A DNA stretch of 55,831 nt, filler included, from Catajapyx aquilonaris (lineage: Eukaryota), in NCBI GenBank assembly GCA_000934665.2. It is 4 parts of 4 records of this genome, joined end to end, with 100 filler letters (N's around TTAATTAATTAA, not from the genome) between each part and the next. Parts side by side here need not be neighbours in the genome. Positions count along the whole stretch, not along the records: positions 13,989 to 27,869 come from JYFJ02007954.1; positions 27,970 to 41,853 come from JYFJ02007955.1; 2 more parts are not named here. One strand, given 5' to 3'. A program made the translations under genes and the position numbers. Position 1 is the stretch's first letter. Each line of letters opens with the position of its first letter. Of the stretch, positions 21,669 to 33,200 are shown piece by piece. The notes beneath the pieces are model-generated. The model did no database searches. It was not told the origin of the DNA and saw only the letters and a program-made list of their open reading frames with translations.

Positions 21669-23399
21669 TTATTGGGTCATTCTCACGAAACGCAGGCCAA
21701 ACTCGGGTGAAATTTGAAAAATAAATTGAAAATCGTGACAATTATCGTGGTGGTAATTTTTTCTGAGTCCGCCCCCTCTATAAGGAAGGAAACAGAAAAA
21801 AATATATTGTCACAGCCCACTGGCCGGGTTGGAACTACTATAGTATCCGTTATTTATTCGCTAATATAGGCCCCTGCGCGTTTGACTCGAAACGACTCCC
21901 AGGCAAATGATCAAATAATAATGTGATAATTATATCACTGAAAATAAACTTGTTTAAATCCACGTTACATGTAGGCCTATATGCGGGTTGTTTCCCTATC
22001 ATCAGTCCGTAATATTTTTTATCGCAAGAAGGCGGCGGAAAGGTGTCATTTATTTCGTAGCCGACACGACGTTACGCCGCAAGATGATTTTTTAAATGAC
22101 ACTTCTCGGATGCCACAAAATTCCCCCTTTGTTACACCCTGTAGGTCTTGGTTTAAAAAAAAAACACACACACATCGTATATTTCATATAATTATACATG
22201 TTGAGGTAAAAGAAATAGGAGGAGGAGGAGGAGGATTTCAATTGGAAGTATAGCCTTTTCTGGCCCAAGAGCAAAATGCAATGCGAAACCTCATAAGGAA
22301 ACCAGACACCAATTATTATTCCCAAACATAATTGCAATATTAATTTTTAGAGTAATCAGGGTATGCAGGAGTACTGTATAATATTATACTACCTTCTTAT
22401 ACATTGAAAAATAAAATTAATTCGATCAAAATTAACCAAAACTGTTTACAGCTGTTTTACACTGTTTTTGGCGCAGGAGTAGCAGCAAGGTAGCAATATG
22501 TCCGCCAATCCTGGCGAGGCGGAAATTAGATTGTTATCACATCGACATTTTAATGTTGATTCTACAAGTTCTTAAATTCCATGGCGAATTTTTGGAACAC
22601 CCTGTAGGTCTTGGTTTAAAAAACCTAAAAATCGAAATCAGAGCCCCCCNCCCCCCCCGAAAACATTGGAAGACATGATGACTTTACATATTATACGGTA
22701 TACGTGAACGGTTCTGTTCAGGGGCTATCATTTTCTATCATGGTTTTTCTGATTTCCAACCCTGCAAGAAGGTTGCCTTCCTGGTGCCCACCCTCCATCT
22801 CGTACGAGAAGTTGCAGTTCCCTTGTGCTGTGCTCTTTTTGTGCTGTGATTTTGTGGTGCAACGTGTGTGTCGTGTGCGGCATGCCTCGTGGGCGTGTGT
22901 TCCCCCTCCCCCTCCCCATCGCTTCGGCATTCCCTCTGATGCCCGCCCTCCACAATAATGCCCTAGTAGGCCTATATGCCATCCGAGTGTCCCATCCGAT
23001 TAATCAGTACGGTGCGAAACCTGACCTTTCCAGGCAATCATGGTGGTGCTGTGCGTGCTGTGCGTGCTAGGGGCTGTGAAGGCGTCGGGGGATTTGCGCC
23101 GCCTGCCCAAATCAATCAAGGGCTGTAAGTGGGCCTGCCGGGACGGGCGGCTCTGGGGCCCCGACCCGCTGCCGGTGGCAGTAAACACGCTTAAAGAAAC
23201 CAACAGGGCCCACAGTAAGTGCCTATATGCATAATCACATAGGCATGCCTCATCATACCGTCGCGTCCAATCAGCAATAATGAACCCACTCTTCCTTTAC
23301 GGTGTGGCTGATTTTATCCTACCTGGGGGCCTTTGCAGCGGCCATCAACGGCGTCTACGGCAATCTACGTACCGTATACTATAATTTCATTCGGATAAT

Positions 23400-23670
23400 T
23401 TAAAAAATGATGAAGGAGAACCGAAGTACAAGACGGTGTCCCAGTTCGCGTTGAGTGCTTTAAGTGCCCCGCATTCAAATGCCGACTGCGAGAGAATCTT
23501 TAGCAAAATCAACTTGGTGAAGACAAGGACCCGTAACAGACTAGTTACGCAGGCCGTCTGTGGAACTCTTTTGGCGTCTCAGTCCGTAAAGGCATCGTCC
23601 AAGTGCTGTACAACATTCACCCCATCGAAAGAAATGTTGGCGAAGACCATGAACTCGACTTCTCTTAATG
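23400..23670 (+). mobile_element. hAT transposase C-terminal dimerisation fragment
   Basis: KYKTVSQFALSALSAPHSNADCERIFSKINLVKTRTRNRL. Confidence 0.85.
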
Positions 23671-23684
23671 GTGGACCTCGGGCT

Positions 23685-24982
23685 CAGTGGCGGAACTACG
23701 GTAGTTCCGACGGTTCGGCCGAACTAGGGCCGTCGAATGCAGCGAGAAAAACTCTTAAAAGGCTGAACCCTACTCGATGGTCTTCTAGGCATGATTGTCT
23801 CATAGCACTTCGATATCGTTATATTGACGTGATGAAAGCGCTTACACACGTCATTTTGCTCAGCAAAGACAAAATGGAAATCTCATCCGCTCTTGGGTTA
23901 AAAAGAACTCTTTGAGAAGTTTGAGACAGTATTTCTCCTTGTGGTTCTGACTAAAATTTTGGTATCAACAGACGGTGTGTCTAAGATGCTGCAGTTATCA
24001 GATGTTGATATTTTTCAGTCGGCCAAGGATCTTGAGCAGACCAAAGATGATTTGATGAAGATTAGGAACGACTTTGACACATTTCTGAAAGAAGCACATG
24101 AGCTTGCAGGAAAATGGGGAATAAAGGAAAAGTTTGGGAGTTTGTCAAGAGCATCATCAGTGAGGACCTATGATGGTGACTTACATGGTGAAAAGATTCA
24201 GTGTCCAGAACGACGGTTCAAAGTTGAAGTTTTTAATTCTACAATAGACAAAGCAATTGTGCAACTGGAGGAACGCTTCAAGGGATTAAATTCTATTGTG
24301 GACACTTTTGAAGTTATCCAACCTATTGTACTAAAATCGGCATCGGATGAAAGTCTCCTTGCCGCTGCTGAAAAGCTCTCCGACGAGTACACATGAGACT
24401 TGTTGACATCAAGTTTTGCAACAGAGATAATATCTTTCCGGTCCTGTATGAAGTCCGATTTTGCGAAAACATCAACCGTGAAGGAACTGGCTGATATGCT
24501 CTTAGTGAGGAATTATGCCATTGCGTCCAGTTTCCCTGACGTTTGCACAGCATTTTTTGTTATTTATGACAATTCCTGTCACTGAAACTTCAGCGGAAAG
24601 ATCTTTCTCCAAATTAAGACTGATAAAGAACTACTTGAGGTCACAAATACACCAAAACAGGCTAAGAGGGCTGGCCATTCTCTCTATAGAAAACAGCCGC
24701 GCGAAGCAACTCGATGTGTCACAAATAGTGGACGAATTTGTGGCAAAGAAAGTGAGGAAGAAGCCTTTTTAGGTAAGTTAAGTTTTTTCCCCTTTCATTA
24801 ATACGTATGACGTATCATTAATCATTAATGATAATCGTATCATTGGTAAACGTGAATGGTGAGAGTATATCAAAGAACGTGATGCCGGTATGGTCTTCAC
24901 TGGTACGTGCATACGTAAGTGAAGTGGGGGGGGNGGGGGCTTCCGATACTTTCGAACTAGGGGGGCCCTAGTTCCGCCACTG
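23685..24982 (+). mobile_element. Internally deleted hAT element (ZMYM1-like transposase) retaining both TIRs
   Basis: TIRs CAGTGGCGGAACTA and TAGTTCCGCCACTG; LKRLNPTRWSSRH, QLEERF, IPVTETSAERSFSKLRLIKNYLRS...RLRGLAILSIE with stops and frameshifts; no TSD seen. Confidence 0.9.
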
Positions 24983-24989
24983 GCTACGA

Positions 24990-25691
24990 GGTTAGAGCTG
25001 TTTCGGATTTTGCACGAAAAATCACAAAGCGGGATAAAGGTGCAGCAAGAGCACCTCTTTGCATGAGCTAACTGCCCAGGGGGGGAATTGAGGAGCTTCA
25101 AGATGATAAAACGAGGGTTGACCTGAGCAAATTTGTGTCCAACTTCTGCAGGAAAATTTTCAACAGGTGGGCAAAATCCCATAGGATATTGGACAGATCC
25201 CGCCATGATAATTCACAGTGGTTGAGTCAGCAAGAGGACATACCAGGCCATGACAAATCTGCACTTGCGTCATGCAGTACTGCAACTTCTACGTCATTAG
25301 GTCGTCCACCAATGGCTTTGACGGAAGCAGCGAGAGAAGCAAAAGACGGAGACAGAAAAACTACGCCGGGACTGGTCTCCAAATCAATTGGCATAATTAT
25401 TATGCTACCCATGTGAATCTGCGAGCTGAAGGAAAAGAAGAGGCGGCAAAACTGGTAAAAGAGGCGACACAAACTACAGCACCTTCTCGCCCCCGAAAAA
25501 TTCTGCATGCCTATCGATTTGCACAAACTCAGGATATGATGACGAGCTACACTGACGAAAAAGCACTGTCGCTCTTGATAGAAGCAGGTTTGAGCAAAAC
25601 GCAATACCAACTGATTAGATCCGGTGCAAATAAGATGCATCTTACAAACGATTGCAAAAGGCCTAGTCAGAGAGGAAGAATCGCACGATAG
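24990..25691 (+). mobile_element. Transib (RAG1-core related) transposase N-terminal fragment
   Basis: GRP../FDGSSERSKRRR and YTDEKALSLLIEAGLSKTQYQLIR match Transib/RAG1 N-terminal motifs; frameshifted. Confidence 0.75.
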
Positions 25692-26008
25692 CCAGACATC
25701 CACGGACAGGTGTATAATCCCCCTGGCGCCTTAGAGATTAGCTGATAAGCCCCTAATTAGCGACAGGTGGATAATCCTTTGACATGCCGCCCAATTAGTA
25801 TGTCGCGTGTCAGACACGTATGAACCTACTCGTAGACGTGGTGCACCGGCGGTATGTCGCGTGCCGTGCACTTGTTATGTCGCACACCTAACCTATACGT
25901 TCCCCCGCCAGACAGGTGTCGTACGCGTGTCACACCTGTTTCGCTGCTGCACCGCCCGGCCGCGTTGCCGAGTTGCAGGTGTCGTACGCGTGTCATGTCG
26001 ATCGAGCT

Positions 26009-26150
26009 CCGCCATCTAGGATCCCCAGCCTCAGACCCGGGGCAGCCATCTTGGATCCGCTCGCACTCCGCCATCTTGGATCCCCAGCCTCAGACCCGGG
26101 CCAGGGGGGTAGCCATCTTGGAGCCGCACACAGTAAGCAGCCATCTTGGA
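26009..26150. repeat. Short repeats (GCCATCTTGGA; GATCCCCAGCCTCAGACCCGGG)
   Basis: GCCATCT(T/A)GGA occurs five times; the longer unit occurs twice. Confidence 0.7.
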
Positions 26151-26186
26151 TTTTTATATTCCTTAAAAGTATTTTTTCGGAAAAAT

Positions 26187-26259
26187 TGTTCCCACCCGGT
26201 TTCGATCCATGGACCTTTAGTTTTGGGGGCCGACACCCTAACCATTGCGCTAGGGGAGC
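26187..26259 (-). pseudogene. Degenerate tRNA-like sequence (tRNA pseudogene or SINE head)
   Basis: Minus strand GCTCCCCTAGCGCAATGGTTAGGGTG...AAAGGTCCATGGATCGAAACCGGGTGGGAACA followed by TTTTT. Has A-box, B-box and tRNA length, but the stems are mismatched. Confidence 0.6.
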
Positions 26260-26814
26260 CCCCGAAGATTTAGAGGGTTGGAAGCTCTACCCAAGCCCCC
26301 GGTGCGGGTCACGTGGCCGGTAACTCCACCCCCTCACAACCAACCCCGCGTCCACCACCCCAAGCCTACCACCCCCTGACCCCCACCCACCCACGCCACC
26401 TTTCACCCCTGACCCTACCACCCCCAGCCCCGCCCAGCCCCGTCCAACCCTCCCACACCCCACCGTACATAGCTCCAGGGATGCATCTTGAAGGCGAGAG
26501 TGGTGGGAAAACCCCAAAAATGCATGGCTGGGTATGACGCGGGCATTCGTCACCCGGCGACGACCGGTCGGCGTCCGATGAATCATGCCAAGCCCTTTTT
26601 CCATAGCGTGCATATACCAATGCTTTTGACTCACTCTGTTTGAGATATTATCCGCGTGCGGTTGTATTTATTCAGTGTGTGCTTCGAAGTTCCTTGGCTG
26701 TTTTTCTAGTAATTTTTGTGTTTTAGCTTCCTCTATCTCTTCTAACTTCAACCAGCTTCCCCTCTCCCCCTCACCCCCCGTTTGTTTTCCTATAGCGACA
26801 TAGCGTGAGTCAAG

Positions 26815-27869
26815 ATGCCGGAGTTTTTTGTAGCTGGAAAGGTAGGTTCTTTTTAAAATTATTTAGGTGAATCTGTTACATTAATTTGGTACTACGTACC
26901 GCTGTTATTAGTGTTATTAGTGAAGGCGTTATTTCTTATTTTAGTTGTATTTTTATTATATAGTTTGTGAGCGACCCCCGCACGCACTCGTTCCGTGCAT
27001 GCTTCACCCGGGTGGATGTGGAGTTTTTGCTATCCACATTCCGCGATGTGGATCGAGAGATCCTGGGGCTTGCCCTTCATCGCCTGGAGGAGTTAGGTTT
27101 GGATCCCACCTGTATCAGGGATTATGCTTTTCAGTTGCTTTTGTCTGGGGCTACCCATGTACAACGACCAACACCCACCCGACCTCCCACCCCTGCTGCT
27201 TCTGGAGTGACCTCTGCCATCCCCCCCATCCCCGCTATGGTCCTGGTTGCCCCCGTGACCTCTGTGAACCAGCCCGCCGCTGTCCGCCGGCTCCCGCCGG
27301 TTATGGTCTCCCACCCCCACCCACCCGCCACTGTCAATCATCCCCATGCGGTGTCCGACNCGTCCGATTGACTATTAACCAAGCGATCGTTTTTCCAGCC
27401 CCCATGACCTCTGTGAACCAGCCCGCCGCTGTCCGCCGGCTCCCGCCGGTTATGGTCTCACGCCCCCACCCACCCGCCGCTGTCAATCGTCCCCCTGCGG
27501 TGTCCGACACCCGCCCGACTGACTCCATTAACCAAGCCATTGTTTTTCCAGCCCCCGCAGCTCAGCCAGTTCCGACCGCACCAGTCCAATGTGATATGTC
27601 TGTTGGTCCCCATGCCCTCCACTATCCCCATATGCAACTTCCCCCACTATGCTTTCCACCCTGGTTTTTTCATGTGCCACCTCCACCACCAGGGTTTTTT
27701 CATATGCCTCACCCATTCTCTGTTCCTTCTAGAACCCCACCCACTCTGAACCCTGCACTTACTCGATCTCCTCCATGCATTCCCCCACCCCCGTCAACGA
27801 CTACGGCACCCCCACAGCCGATCGGTACTAATGTGAATATTCCTCCAGCAGCTCTCGCCCAGACCGGGG
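26815..27869 (+). CDS. Uncharacterised proline-rich protein, 3'-incomplete
   Basis: Exon 1 26815-26841 MPEFFVAGK|GTAGG; phase-0 acceptor at 26963 in frame with FVSDPRTHSFRACF...LHRLEELGLDP; internal ~150-bp duplication 27250-27556; frame break around the ambiguous base at 27360. Confidence 0.45.
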
Positions 27870-27969
27870 NNNNNNNNNNNNNNNNNNNNNNNNNNNNNNN
27901 NNNNNNNNNNNNNTTAATTAATTAANNNNNNNNNNNNNNNNNNNNNNNNNNNNNNNNNNNNNNNNNNNN
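27870..27969. other. Artificial contig spacer
   Basis: N44-TTAATTAATTAA-N44. Confidence 0.97.
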
Positions 27970-28503
27970 TCCGCAGTCAGTTGGCCGCACGTGTGGCTAC
28001 GTGTTGTGAACTGATTAATCCGCTCTGCAATTAGAAAACAATTTTAATAAGTCACATTTTGGGTTCAGATAATCAACTGCGGAACCAACTCACTTGAGAA
28101 GAGTCGGACTGCTGCGGACGGCCCAGGATCAAACGTGTGGCTCAGCAGGCGGGACGACCGGCCCAGTTCTCCCAAGAATAATACACGCAGAGTCGAGAGC
28201 ATCCCGAATTAAATAAGTTAATTAAATTAATTGCACGGCGAAGCAGGAGCAAAGGAAAGAATTCGCAGCACTACAGCTCCATGTTTATTATTTTTTTTCC
28301 TCTAAGCAGGGCTGCCAACAGCCACACAAATTCAATATTAAAATTCTATTTCATCATCATAATATGATAAAATTACATACAAATTAATTCCCATTCATAT
28401 TAATTAAAAAAATCATGAGAACTGTTCTAATTCGAACTACGTTCTTAGATTTGGACGCACCCGATCAATAGGGCAGTATTCGGACGCGGCCGACTTTTCA
28501 AAG

Positions 28504-29919
28504 ATGGCCGCCGACATTTTGCAGAGAGTTCCTGCTACTAAACTTGAAAGGTAAGTTTCGCATGACTTTGCGGCGGTTTTTTCGGATTCTGATTAGGGCA
28601 ATTGTAAGATCAAAATTTCCCGTTTGCAGGCAGAGGCAGAAGGAGTGCGAGTCGAAAGCGGTTCAGATTGTGGAGCGACTTTTGGACAACCCAATCAGGC
28701 CGGATTGGCTTTTGGATGCTGTGAGTTTGGCTGATTCACTGGTTGGTTCTTTTTCTGATGGAGTGGTTTTTGCAGGCCAAGTTCATCAACCGGAGCCACT
28801 ACCAGGATGCGGTGGAGGAGCGCAACCTGGAAGGGAACTGCGGGTATCCACTGTGCACTGAAAGATTGCGGGACGTGCCGCAGCAGAAGTACCGCATCTG
28901 TCGTAAGACCTACGAGGTCATAGACCTGACAGAACTTAAGGTACATGCGATCAAGCATTACCAGCAGCTTGCTAAAATTCTGCAATTTCAGAAATACTGC
29001 AGCAACAAGTGTTACCATGCGTCCAAGTACTTCGAAGCCCAACTCTTGACGGCCCCACTCTGGTTACGCAGCCTCACAGACATTCCCAGATTCAAGTTGA
29101 TTGACGACATAAGCGAAAGTGAAAAAGTGGATCCCGACAGTTCAGACTCTCCGCCAGAAGTGCCCAAACAAGCTGCTCCAAAGCCACGGTTTCAGCGGGT
29201 CCAAATGAAAGAACCTCCGTCCGAAAATTACATTCTTCAAGCTGAGCGCTTCATGCGTCAATGGTTCACTCCCAAGACGCTTCGATTCCTGCTGTCGGAA
29301 AAGCCACCTGAACGTTACGACTTGTTGTGTGCCAAGTTGGAACAATTGGCGATCGAGAGCACATGGGACAAATCTGTGGTGCGCGAGGAGAAGGCCAATC
29401 GGGAGAAAGTTGGTGCATTTGTTGGTGGGCAAGACCAGTATGCTGTCCTGGAACCAAGAGACGAGACCCAGGCCGTGGTTCTGCCACCTGTTGATTCGCA
29501 TGCACAGAATGCACTTAGGCGACGCATTATGTTGGATCGACTTGAAAGAGTGTAAGTACAGCACAAACCTGTTCAATGAATTATTGACAGCCCTCGCCTC
29601 TTTTAGGATGGCCGACTTCCTTCAGACGATCCATCTGACCTCTCGTGATTTAGGAACTGACCTTCGTGAGCTTGTGTCAACTTTTCACCTGACCCCGCAG
29701 AACATTGTGCTTTTGCCTCAGCAGTGGGCACTCGTTGGCCTGGCCTTCACACGGATATTATCACTGCGGAACACTTGCATCCAAAAGGCCATGGCGGATA
29801 AAGATGCCTCCAAACGTGTCACCTTGATGCTGATGGAGCATAAACTCGACGCAGCTTATTTGGATCGACTGACTGACTGGTTGATGGATCTGGAAAACGT
29901 CTCGATTACTTCTCAATAA
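28504..29919 (+). CDS. RPAP2: RNA polymerase II CTD phosphatase RPAP2/Rtr1
   Basis: Exons approx 28504-28550, 28597 or 28630-28720, 28776-28940, 28991-29551, 29607-29919. Motifs HYQDAVEERNLEGNCGYPLC, KYRI, KYCSNKCYHASKYFEAQL and LPPVDSHAQNALRRRI. Confidence 0.93.
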
Positions 29920-30243
29920 ATAAGGGATGTTGCTCAAGTGTCGCCTTTTATTGCTCCCTACGACAAATCTGCCATCTTTTTAAAAAATGCTGTAATTGCA
30001 ACGTGAGATGGGAGATTTCAAATTCGCCTGATAAAACGGAATGAGCTGTGCATTTTAATTGTCATGGGGGGAAAAAAAAACATGAAGAGGAAACCCAACA
30101 CCCTCACAATTATCGGGTAGAATGGATAGTAAATAACATGTCCCTGTCTCCCACGTCAAGGGGGGGGGGGATCCACAACCTTTTCTTTCCTTAAAAAGAA
30201 AATAAATAAATGTGACCTGTTAGCGCATCGGGTGGGCAACACC

Positions 30244-33200
30244 CTAGAGATTGGCCCTAGTTCCATTGCGTCCTAGGACATCCCAGGGAATCTGGAAATG
30301 TGAGGTTGGCAGTGGCGTGCAATGCGTCGAAGAAAAGTCCACCAAATGTTTGCTGGCCTGCGAATATTGGAAAAAGGTCACGTATTAGAGCAATGGGGTA
30401 TGGGTTCAGTGTGGGCTGGTCACTCACCAGGTAGATGGCCATCTGGGTCTTCATGGCTTGGTCCCAGTCATTTCCCATCTGCAGTGGGTAGCTGGCCTGT
30501 CCCTGTGAGAGGTAAGACGCCAGAGTGCCCTTGCACAAGTCCTGGTCGATTTCCAAGCCCGCCACTGTGCCTGCGGGAATTAAACAGGACCAGCTCAGTG
30601 ACTCTCACGTTTGTCATACGTCCTCTAGGTAAAAGTGCATTTGGCAGAAACCTCCCTTGGAAAGGTTGGCATTACACATGACCTTATTACAGAAAAGTGT
30701 TGGGATGACCCAAACTCATACTGCAAAATCTGTTCATCATACACCTTGAAGCATGCCATTGCAACCAATATGATCAAAAGTTATTTTCTCAATATGGTAT
30801 GATCCTGGTCAGCCCTGGTAGGATCATAATAATATAAATTAATAACTACTGAATAATAAATCGACAATGAATAACAATTAAATAACGAACAGTCAATTAC
30901 TGAATAACTAATAAACAACTACATGAGTAATGAAACAATAAATAACTACATAAAAAATAAATAATAGTAATTCATTAATAAATAATAAAACAAATAATAA
31001 TCACAAATGTTGCCATCATCATCAAGAATCAAGAGTTCAAGTATTTTAAGGTCACAGTGTACTCCTGATTATCCGGGCTAATGACTGCACTGGTGTCGCC
31101 GGATAATCGAAAAACAATCGGGAAAATGGTCCTAGAAACAGTTAAAAGTAGCCATTACTAGGTTTTTAATGTATACAGTATACTACTGTACAGAGTGTAT
31201 GAACCTCGATTTAATGAAAATAATAAAACGAACCATAAATTTTTTACTTTGTCTTCTAGAAAAAGTCTGTCATATTTCTTAGTTGGCGAGACATATTGAC
31301 AGTAGGAGAAAATTTTCGTCCCACTGCTAGTCAGACTACTAACTTAATTTGCACTCCCACTGCTAAGTTTGCAGTATCTACTTGTAGCAGTGGGACAAAA
31401 ATTCCACCCATTTTTTCCGGACTTTAATTTGAAACGTCTTTTTTGTACGGATAATCCGCACCCGGAAAATCGGGAGTACAGTGTATTTTCAATGTGCACA
31501 ATGAGTGTGGATATTTAAGTGATTTCGCGACATTTCACATAAGTATTTCGCGATCATCCGGATTTCGATCAAGAAATTACGAAAACGCGTGTCATTGCTA
31601 TGTCCCATCCGCGAATTAAATATTATTTCGTCTCGTCATTTCCTGTCGCACGTACACAACACCTCGCCGCCCTCTCCATACAAAACGCCAAAATGCTCCT
31701 GAACTTCCTTTGGAGAAATCCAGGTCAAGCCAACTCCGGTAGAGAGAATAAACCGGTGCAGGTCAAGTGCAACGTGAAGTGACTCGAAGGCCCGAATAAG
31801 CCATCATCATCATCATTGCCTCTTTCTTTTCATTATTTATTATTCTCTCGAAGGACAACCCACATTGCAAAAGAGATGCTGCTGCTGCTTCCCCATAACG
31901 GTAAGTTGAATCGAACGAAAATCCCGTCTGGGTCAGGCCAAAGTGGATGCCTGTTGTATTAAACAATGGCCCCCTCCACCCCCCTACCTGATCTAAACGG
32001 GCTATTTTTGGCCTCCAGGTCTTCGGGACAAACAGTTTGATTTTTTTTTGGTTGAAGACCCTTTATTTTTTTGTGAGGGGTTTTTCTTCCTGGTTGACGG
32101 GTTATAAATACTACCGGAATTGACGCGCGGGGGATTTTGAGCCATGGACCTCAGGAGGATGCTTGCTCTTGGCCTGATGCTGCTGGCCCTCTCTTGGGCT
32201 GGATCTTATGGACAGGAGACTGACAACTCCACCTCAACCACGGCCAAGCCAGGTGAGTTTACGTGGGCAGGGAACCCTTGCCACTTCAGCTAGTCCTTAA
32301 AAGGCAGTGCCAACAATATTAAAGCAGCATTAATGTCCATAGAGAATTATACAGGTCCTTTTGCAGGTGCTCTGAAACTGCTGGACAGAAGACTGTTTCA
32401 GAACAACAGCACCAGCCTCTCGTTCATCATCCCTGCTTTTACTTTCTTCCCCTACCTACGAAGGCTCATTCCTAATTTCTTCACGTCCGAGACTGTTCAA
32501 GGGAGAGGTATGTAACCAGTTTCATATCTCCAGGAGACGCACTAATTACATAGTGTGACTTACAATAACGGGTACAACCATCAGGTTTCAACGCAACAAC
32601 TACAACTCCTGAAGCAGCCAAATCAGTAGTGGCTTCCGCTTACATCTGGAATGGCGGAGCTTTTTGCAGCATGAGCCACTTGGGCGCTTGGAGAGACCTG
32701 TCCACTTGCAGCTCTTATTATCTGTGCCGTGCTAAGCCCAATCCTCCAACCTCATGCGGAAGTCCAGTGTGGCCACTTAGATACTCTGTGTCTTCAGACT
32801 CGGGGGGTCATGAGGTTCAGTCTCTTGACAACGGTTGTGTTCAGCTAATCATGTACACATGCAAGGCTGGGTGGGTCTACGATCAGAACAAAGGGAGGTG
32901 CGCACCACCAACTAATTCTGAAGATAGGATCCTTTGCTCCAAGTATAACGACCTCACTTAAAGTTTGGTGTGGCGTGAACATGAATTTCGAGTCAGGGGA
33001 AAATAGTGGCCACCAAATGAACGTTCCACACATTCACCTCATTTTGGGCTCTTACTCACAAGGTTGCAAATATGGATCGTGAACATGAATAATTATGTTT
33101 AGGCCTTAATTAAATACAGTAGCAGAAATTTTCCTTATGCAATACTGCCACAAAAATTACAGTTCAACAGAAAATATTTTTTTGTACGTTTTGAGAGTGT

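Noticed and set aside
22700..23370. Cluster of overlapping short GC-rich ORFs
   Set aside because: No recognisable domain in any frame; probably the UTR of a retroelement, family not identifiable by eye.
26187..26259. Functional tRNA gene
   Set aside because: Acceptor, anticodon and T stems contain multiple mismatches; kept only as a tRNA-derived pseudogene.
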